64,000 nucleotides of DNA from Candidatus Parcubacteria bacterium (GTDB taxonomy: Bacteria > Patescibacteriota > Patescibacteriia > Patescibacteriales > UBA12075). The notes under the pieces were generated by a model. The model was given only the letters and a program-made list of their open reading frames with translations, made no database searches and was not told where the DNA came from. A program made the position numbers and the translations under genes. Of the stretch, positions 60,823 to 64,000 are shown one piece after another (within the stretch, counting starts at the first letter, position 1; each line of letters opens with the position of its first letter). The DNA lies in NCBI GenBank assembly GCA_002869165.1, contig PKTK01000008.1:9616-73615 (forward strand), read 5' to 3'.

Positions 60823-61968
60823 CTACTCTTTCCCTAATTTCTCTTGCAATATCTTATAACATTTCTCTGCTACAGTTCTGTATTGATAGTTATTCATAGC
60901 ATGCTCATGAGCATTTTTACCCATTTCTTCGCATAATTTATCATCAGTTAAAAGGCGTAAAGTGTATTTAGCTAAGTCATCAATTGATGCTCGATAAGCA
61001 AATACTTTTGGTTCGTCAAATTTAATCTTGTGATCGGCTTCAAAACCCATTCCCTCATATGCCCATTCTTCAGTTAGCTCAACAGTTGATTCAACTTTGG
61101 CTAAAAAGCCAGTTTTTTCATGTACTATAGTATCGGCTGGTCCACCAACATTTATTGAAATTACCGGTTTGCCGCAAGCCTCTGCTTCCATCTGAATCAT
61201 GCCAAATCCTTCTAGTCTCGAAGGAGCTGCATATATATCACAAGCAGCAATCAACCAATTCATAAAATCATGTGAAAAAGCTCCGCTTAAATATTGAATC
61301 TTGCCTCTATCAAGACCAAGTCTATCAATTAAAGCATCTTCTTCTACACCATGCACCTCAGCTGATTCACAATCCCAATGTTTAAGCACATATTTCCAAT
61401 CTTTGAATTCCTTATCAACTCGAGCCAAAGCCTGAAGCATTTCCTGAGCTCCTTTGGAAGTCACATCTCCTCCCACAGTCAAAATCATTTTCTCATGCGG
61501 TTGAATACCTAACATTTCACGAAGTTTAGTTCGCATTGGATGATCCTTTTTCACTGGGAACATTTCCTTAGCATCAAAACCGATTGGCAGTGTTATAAAA
61601 TTCTTTGTATCCACACCGTCTCTTTTGTAGGTTTCTGTTACCCAATCTGAAGTTGTAAAAACTAGTGGGAGGTCTGAAATCATATCATGATAATTTGCCA
61701 CCCAACCATTAGCTACAAACCAAGGCACAGGGGTAATTCCATGATTTTGGGGTGAAATAATTATATCATTAGCATAGGTCCAACAACCAACTCCAATAGC
61801 TACATCTGGCTTAAAAGCATCATAAACCCATTGCTTCTGGAAGCTGGGAGAATAATGAGACGGCATCACATCCACTCCCATTTCCTTTAAACCATGATAA
61901 AGTAAATTTCCTTGTATACTTAGTCCATCCGGTTCTGGCGGATAAGCATGTAAAACTGCTATTTTCAT
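60823..61968 (-). CDS. Family-4-type glycosyltransferase
   Basis: The track start (61989) lies inside the palindromic element terminus tgtCATtccc. ATG 61968 (MKIAVLHAYPPEPDG) is more likely. C-terminal GT-B motif EGFGMIQMEAEACGKPVISINVGGPADTIVHEKTGFL. Confidence 0.8.
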   Translation of the reverse strand: MKIAVLHAYPPEPDGLSIQGNLLYHGLKEMGVDVMPSHYSPSFQKQWVYDAFKPDVAIGVGCWTYANDIIISPQNHGITPVPWFVANGWVANYHDMISDLPLVFTTSDWVTETYKRDGVDTKNFITLPIGFDAKEMFPVKKDHPMRTKLREMLGIQPHEKMILTVGGDVTSKGAQEMLQALARVDKEFKDWKYVLKHWDCESAEVHGVEEDALIDRLGLDRGKIQYLSGAFSHDFMNWLIAACDIYAAPSRLEGFGMIQMEAEACGKPVISINVGGPADTIVHEKTGFLAKVESTVELTEEWAYEGMGFEADHKIKFDEPKVFAYRASIDDLAKYTLRLLTDDKLCEEMGKNAHEHAMNNYQYRTVAEKCYKILQEKLGKE

Positions 61969-61982
61969 ATTTTTCCTACTTA

Positions 61983-62120
61983 TTGTCATTCCCGGCTGGA
62001 GAAATGAGCGATAGCGAATTTCGTAGGGGAAGGGAATCTACGTGTTACTAATCTTTTTTATGTAGATTCCCTTCCCCTCCATTGCTCGCTAATGCTTGCA
62101 ATTCCGGCCGGGAATGACAA
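61983..62120. repeat. Palindromic intergenic element, best copy (TTGTCATTCCCGGC...GCCGGGAATGACAA)
   Basis: ~59-nt inverted arms at 61983-62041 and 62062-62120. The terminal 14 nt and the inner GGGGAAGGGAATCTAC/GTAGATTCCCTTCCCC are perfectly complementary. 13 nt after the PIG-L gene stop. Confidence 0.75.
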
Positions 62121-62133
62121 TAATAAAACATTA

Positions 62134-62754
62134 TTAATTTTTAATTTGACTAAAAGCTTCGGGGTTCGTACAGTATCCCACATCAATTCCATCCATTGGA
62201 TAGCCATACATTTCCCCAACAATTCTTTTCTTCTTCTCATAAGTTTCCTTGTCTAAATCAACCATAAATTCTGCTTCATCACTTGCAACTGCCAAGGGCC
62301 GAGCATCCTGATCATCAACTTTTTTATAAGAAAAATAAAAAACCGCCTCCGGTTTTTTATTTTTATTTGTAATGAATTGTTTAACTGCTCGATTAACTAT
62401 TTTGTGTCTACTATGACCATATTCACCATTTTCTCCATGGCAAAATATATAATCAAAATCTTCAGTAATATTTTTATCTAGTAAATTTTTAGCCTCTTCA
62501 TGTAAAATCTCCTCGTTTAATTCGTTTCCGTCATCCAAATCACTAATAATCCCTCTAACTCCCAAATATTTACAAACTCTTCTAAATTTTGGTTCTCTGT
62601 CAGCATCGCTCTCCCTACACATAGAATAAACTGTCCAATTTACCTCGGGGTTATTCAAAATTGTTCCTCCCATCCATATCACTTCATCATCAGGGTGAGC
62701 AACAACTACAAGAGCTTGCTTATTTTTTTCCAAATTCAATTTTTTCATATTCAA
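62134..62754 (-). CDS. PIG-L/LmbE-family N-acetylglucosaminyl deacetylase
   Basis: VVVAHPDDEVIWMGG zinc-binding motif and HGENGEYGHSRH. Confidence 0.85.
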   Translation of the reverse strand: MNMKKLNLEKNKQALVVVAHPDDEVIWMGGTILNNPEVNWTVYSMCRESDADREPKFRRVCKYLGVRGIISDLDDGNELNEEILHEEAKNLLDKNITEDFDYIFCHGENGEYGHSRHKIVNRAVKQFITNKNKKPEAVFYFSYKKVDDQDARPLAVASDEAEFMVDLDKETYEKKKRIVGEMYGYPMDGIDVGYCTNPEAFSQIKN

Positions 62755-62763
62755 GAAAATTGT

Positions 62764-64000
62764 TTATTCTTTCTTCTTGGTTAATTTTATCTCTTTTTCA
62801 ATATCTTCAATCTCCTTGCCAATAAATTCTTCAGAAATATCTAAAGACTCTTGTAATTTTTCTTTTACCCTTCGTTCAGATTCAGAAAGTCCTGCCTTTT
62901 TGTCAGCCAGCTCGATCAACTCATCAACCTCTTCGTGTAAAGCATAGAAAATCTTACTCATCTTTACCTTAAGCTCGTCTGCTTCACGTTTGATTCGTAA
63001 CTTCTCGGCAATAAAGAACTTTCTCTGATAGAAAATGTAACCAACTAGTAATGCTATAGCTAATAATAACACTAATATTATCCAAAGTCCATAGCTACAG
63101 ATGATTGATGGGCTAACTACATTAAGCAAATGCTTAGTTGAGCTAAGCGACTGAGCACCACGACTATCTATGATAATGGCCGAAACATTGTAAGTGCCCT
63201 TATCTAAACCATCCTTGTATACAAAGGCCCAATTACCTGACTCATCAGTCTCTACTTCACCTTCAATTGTATCCTTACCTGTTCTTTCAATATAAACCTT
63301 GACTCGTACGTTTGAATAAAATGATGTTCCCTGTACCACAAGATCATCCTTTTTGCTTATAACATCCGGAACACTAGTAATTATTGGGGCTTTCAATGGA
63401 TCAATTACAAACATTACTGAGCTAGAAGCAGTATTACCAGCTTTATCAACTGCTACAACAGTTGCTGAATATTCACCTGGAGCTAATACAGGAGATTTAT
63501 ATGAACCTGTACTTACATTATCAGGTGTCACATCAAAACTCTCTGTACCAATAATAATATTATACTTTTCTATGCCTGATGTTTCATCAGTAGTTGAAAA
63601 AACTAGATTTGGTGTTGGATTGGTACTGTCCCCTTTATCATCAATTGCTAATTTAAAATCTTCAGGGGGAGTAGCGTCGATCATAACTTTGCGATGCGAT
63701 ACTTGTCCCCAACCATATTGATTTTGATATTTGATATGGAAATACTGCTCACCATCTTTTTGCTCCGTAAAAGTCTCTGTCTCAATAATGCCCTCATTTA
63801 CCACACCTGGGTCATCTTTTGGGTTGTCAGTAATCTTAAAGGCTACACCAGTTAAGTCAGCTAAAACCTTCCAATTAAACTCTGGTCTATTATTGCTATA
63901 CCAAGTATTTTCATCTGGATGAGTATCCGAGTCAATTTCTGGAATTGGAGGAAGAAGCCCTTTTGGCTTTTCTTCAACCTCCTCTTCTTCAGGCTCTTCT
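62764..64000 (-). CDS. Partial (5' end outside the window) surface protein: Ig-like ectodomains, one TM helix, cytoplasmic coiled-coil tail
   Basis: The track ORF starts at GTG 63804, but the frame stays open to 64000 (hand translation EEPEEEEVEEKPKGLLPPIPEIDSDTHPDENTWYSNNRPEFNWK...). TM helix LWIILVLLLAIALLVGYIF. The tail is Lys/Glu-rich heptad-like. Confidence 0.65.
   Translation of the reverse strand, partial: EEPEEEEVEEKPKGLLPPIPEIDSDTHPDENTWYSNNRPEFNWKVLADLTGVAFKITDNPKDDPGVVNEGIIETETFTEQKDGEQYFHIKYQNQYGWGQVSHRKVMIDATPPEDFKLAIDDKGDSTNPTPNLVFSTTDETSGIEKYNIIIGTESFDVTPDNVSTGSYKSPVLAPGEYSATVVAVDKAGNTASSSVMFVIDPLKAPIITSVPDVISKKDDLVVQGTSFYSNVRVKVYIERTGKDTIEGEVETDESGNWAFVYKDGLDKGTYNVSAIIIDSRGAQSLSSTKHLLNVVSPSIICSYGLWIILVLLLAIALLVGYIFYQRKFFIAEKLRIKREADELKVKMSKIFYALHEEVDELIELADKKAGLSESERRVKEKLQESLDISEEFIGKEIEDIEKEIKLTKKKE

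Noticed and set aside
1-64000. Alternative genetic code (UGA as Gly as in some CPR lineages, or TAA/TAG reassignment) to explain the in-frame stops
   Set aside because: TGA (e.g. 32721-32723, 47047-47049, 45674-45676), TAA (most genes) and TAG (giant gene, FN3 gene, DUF559) all terminate ORFs at sensible ends or operon junctions. The 17.7-kb ORF contains none of the three. The residues expected at the five interrupted sites are heterogeneous.

Overview
AT-rich (roughly 30% GC by eye), tightly packed bacterial window that uses the standard genetic code. TAA, TAG and TGA all end ORFs at sensible positions, and one 17.7-kb ORF contains none of them. The gene content is most consistent with a small-genome CPR/Patescibacteria-like organism (inference only): type IV pili but no flagellar genes, a 5,904-aa surface protein, DUF559 and 23S-IVS-type four-helix-bundle genes, and small palindromic intergenic repeats.

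Layout:
- 0.1-3.4 kb: MacB/FtsX-type ABC transporter pair and a stop-interrupted four-helix-bundle gene.
- 3.4-22.8 kb: a membrane-anchored 4xFN3 protein and the giant modular surface protein.
- 23.1-28.1 kb: cheW-cheY-cheB-cheA(split)-cheC-cheD.
- 28.1-36.6 kb: receiver-pilB-pilC-four prepilin-like genes-pilM/SH3b-pilin-receiver, running straight on from the che genes.
- 37.1-45.7 kb: a convergent second arm, HK-receiver-pilB-pilM/SH3b-pilin-MCP.
- 45.7-54 kb: YeiH-like membrane protein, multi-PAS sensor, 7TM histidine kinase, methyltransferase, reductase, OmpR regulator.
- 54-64 kb: glycan-related genes interrupted by a repeat-rich DUF559/AbrB hotspot, then a partial surface protein.

Most notable observations:
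1. A chemosensory operon is physically fused to a duplicated, mirror-arranged type IV pilus locus. cheR is absent from the window, and three signalling proteins (CheA, CheY, the receiver upstream of pilB1) have degenerate catalytic residues.
2. Five otherwise intact genes each carry exactly one in-frame stop codon (4 TAA, 1 TAG). No frameshifts were seen.
3. The giant protein has a glycine-rich domain nested inside a LamG domain.
4. A family of palindromic TGTCATTCC...GGAATGACA intergenic elements (two clear copies, two weaker ones) corrupts the predicted N-termini of two ORFs.
5. A DUF559 cassette is bracketed by 103-bp direct repeats and preceded by a 45-bp tandem array.

No rRNA, tRNA or CRISPR array was found. 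All domain calls come from motif reading by eye, not from database searches. ORF-track coordinates include the stop codon.
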